In this document: positions 58,338 through 59,875 of the stretch, in pieces | How positions within the stretch are numbered: position 1 is the first letter of the stretch | How the letters are laid out: every line of letters starts with the position of its first letter | Origin: a virus | Lineage: Duplodnaviria > Caudoviricetes | Length of the DNA: 59,875 nucleotides | IMG/VR virus record: IMGVR_UViG_3300023179_008242 | Coordinates: 1-59,875 of that record | Direction: 5' to 3' (one strand) | Position numbers and translations under genes: made by a program | Notes under the pieces: generated by a model | The model's input: the letters and a program-made list of their open reading frames with translations, nothing else | The model's database searches: none | Told to the model about the DNA's origin: nothing

Positions 58338-59566
58338 GTGAATTGTATGTTCCCGCTGCCATTGGTGAATATGTATACTCTGTATCCAGTTCTTGATGTT
58401 GTACTGACCGTATAGGTAAGTCCGGCTCCGATGGAATTAATCGCTGGGTTTGAGGAGGGGTAGGCCAATATGACAACTCCTTTCTTTCCTCTCTTCACAG
58501 GATCGGCGCCTCGTACTTCTCCACCTCTGGTTGTGCCTCCGTTGCCAGTATTTTCGTTTTGAGCACTAGCAAGAGCATTAGCAGTGTCGCTCCCGCCAGC
58601 GGCATAAACCACTGACACGCCGGTAATAGAATTTGAAACTCCGGGTCCGCCTATTGCTGCATTATCGCCTCCTGCGCCCCCTGCGCCCCCTGCGCCTCCT
58701 CCTCCTCCTACTTCATTGAAGTAGGAGCCGTTGCTGCCAGCGAAGCCCTGACCGGAGGTTCCTGCTCCTCCGCCGCTCACATAGCCGCTATAACTTGTTC
58801 CCCCGCCGCCGCCGCCACTGCCGCCGCTTGAAGCATTGTTCAGAGGGTATAGACCAAATCTCACGTAGCCATTGGCTCCTGCGCCGCCTCCCAAACTCAC
58901 GATGTTTCCCAAAGAAGAATTGGAACCATTGGTTGCATATGTGAGTTGTTGAGCATCTATGCCATAATCCTCATTCCATTCAATATGGTCTAAACCTCCT
59001 TGCCCACCGTTCCCGACGGTAACATTTGTAGCGGTCAGCAAAGAGTGTGAGGTTATTGTTCCGGTTCTATAGCCTCCCGCTCCTCCTCCGCCGCCCCACA
59101 ATCCGAAATTTCCTCCGGCGCCGCCCCCGCCACCCACCACAAGGTATTCAATAGAAAATAAAGACAAAGTGGCTGGCGTCCCCGTCGCCGTCCCGCTCCA
59201 ATCCCCAGCGGTGAAGTTCACCGCCGCCACTCGTAAACTGTACGCAGTGCCGTTGGTCAATCCCGTGAGCGTGTAACTAGTGCTGGTGCTGTTTGTCAGC
59301 ACATACTGCGCACTCCCGCCCGACGCTGTGTATTCCACAAGGTAGTTGGTGATCGTGCCGTAGGTGGTAGTGGGTGCGGTCCAACTGAGCGACAGTTGAG
59401 CGTTGCCCGCCGATGCCGTGAGGCCGGTGGGGGCGACCGGGCCGCGAGGCCACTGCGTATTGGCTTTCAGGATCGCAGCGTCGTTGATTGTGAACACGCC
59501 GCTTGCCGAAGATGTAGAAAAAATCGGCAGCGAAGAATTTATGAATCCGCCTCTGTGGTGTCTCAT
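58334..59566 (-). CDS. FN3 + glycine-rich domain fibre/virion protein
   Basis: Same leader and FN3; EYLVVGGGG, YAAGG, GVVIL.YP, YRVYIFT.GSG. Confidence 0.82.
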   Translation of the reverse strand: MRHHRGGFINSSLPIFSTSSASGVFTINDAAILKANTQWPRGPVAPTGLTASAGNAQLSLSWTAPTTTYGTITNYLVEYTASGGSAQYVLTNSTSTSYTLTGLTNGTAYSLRVAAVNFTAGDWSGTATGTPATLSLFSIEYLVVGGGGGAGGNFGLWGGGGGAGGYRTGTITSHSLLTATNVTVGNGGQGGLDHIEWNEDYGIDAQQLTYATNGSNSSLGNIVSLGGGAGANGYVRFGLYPLNNASSGGSGGGGGGTSYSGYVSGGGAGTSGQGFAGSNGSYFNEVGGGGGAGGAGGAGGDNAAIGGPGVSNSITGVSVVYAAGGSDTANALASAQNENTGNGGTTRGGEVRGADPVKRGKKGVVILAYPSSNPAINSIGAGLTYTVSTTSRTGYRVYIFTNGSGNIQFT

Positions 59567-59579
59567 GTGTTGTACCAGT

Positions 59580-59873
59580 TCATATGGTTATCGTCCCCGT
59601 GCCAGCGGTGAAACGGTATATGTAAAATCCCGCCCGCGAGGAGGCGTCCAGCGTGTATATAAGTTCTGCACTAACTGCCATAAGCGACCGCTGCAACGCC
59701 AAGATCACTACGCCGCTACCGCCCGCTGCGCCTGTTCCATTACCTCCAGCGGCTCCGCCGCCGCCCCCAGTGTTTTTGCCTCCTGCCGTGTTCCTATCCC
59801 CGCCGCCACCGAGTCCAGCCCCGCCGCCGTCAATGCCGCCTGCACCGCCGCCAGCGTATCTCGTAGCAGTGCC
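59580..59873 (-). CDS. C-terminal part of another glycine-rich fibre protein (5' end beyond window)
   Basis: Manual translation ...RYAGGGAGG...NTGGGGG...GGSGVVIL...GFYIYRFTAGTGTITI*. Confidence 0.75.
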   Translation of the reverse strand, partial: GTATRYAGGGAGGIDGGGAGLGGGGDRNTAGGKNTGGGGGAAGGNGTGAAGGSGVVILALQRSLMAVSAELIYTLDASSRAGFYIYRFTAGTGTITI

Positions 59874-59875
59874 GG

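Overview
A 60 kb segment of a large, GC-rich, tailed dsDNA (jumbo-type) phage genome with distant T4-like gene content. There are no rRNA, tRNA or CRISPR features. Contents: (i) a replication/recombination set (UvsW-like helicase, DnaB/gp41-like helicase, UvsY-like protein, gp32-like SSB, RecA/UvsX, Hel308/Ski2-like helicase, Ogg-type glycosylase, a short thumb-less family-A DNA polymerase, a sigma-like factor, HNH, gp4/TnsA-like nuclease); (ii) nucleotide metabolism and DNA modification (ThyX, dNMP kinase, C5 methyltransferase); (iii) a dispersed glycosylation toolkit (several glycosyltransferases, NAD epimerase, HldE, cupin, CapK/PaaK-like ligase) near Cys/Ser-rich proteins, one of 1616 aa; (iv) a complete prkA(yeaG)-yeaH-spoVR operon, with an intein in SpoVR, followed directly by ClpP; (v) a right-hand island of repeated FN3/Gly-rich fibre cassettes with small repeated membrane peptides and decayed copies. 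The most notable unannotated signals are a promoter-driven, heavily base-paired ~400-nt candidate ncRNA (about 15818-16215) upstream of the thumb-less PolA, a family of small proteins sharing a T4-like capsid-targeting N-terminus (F-x-x-W/F-L-x-E), and a TANATA late-promoter-like motif 4-7 nt before many start codons. All calls come from motif recognition by eye; no database searches were run.
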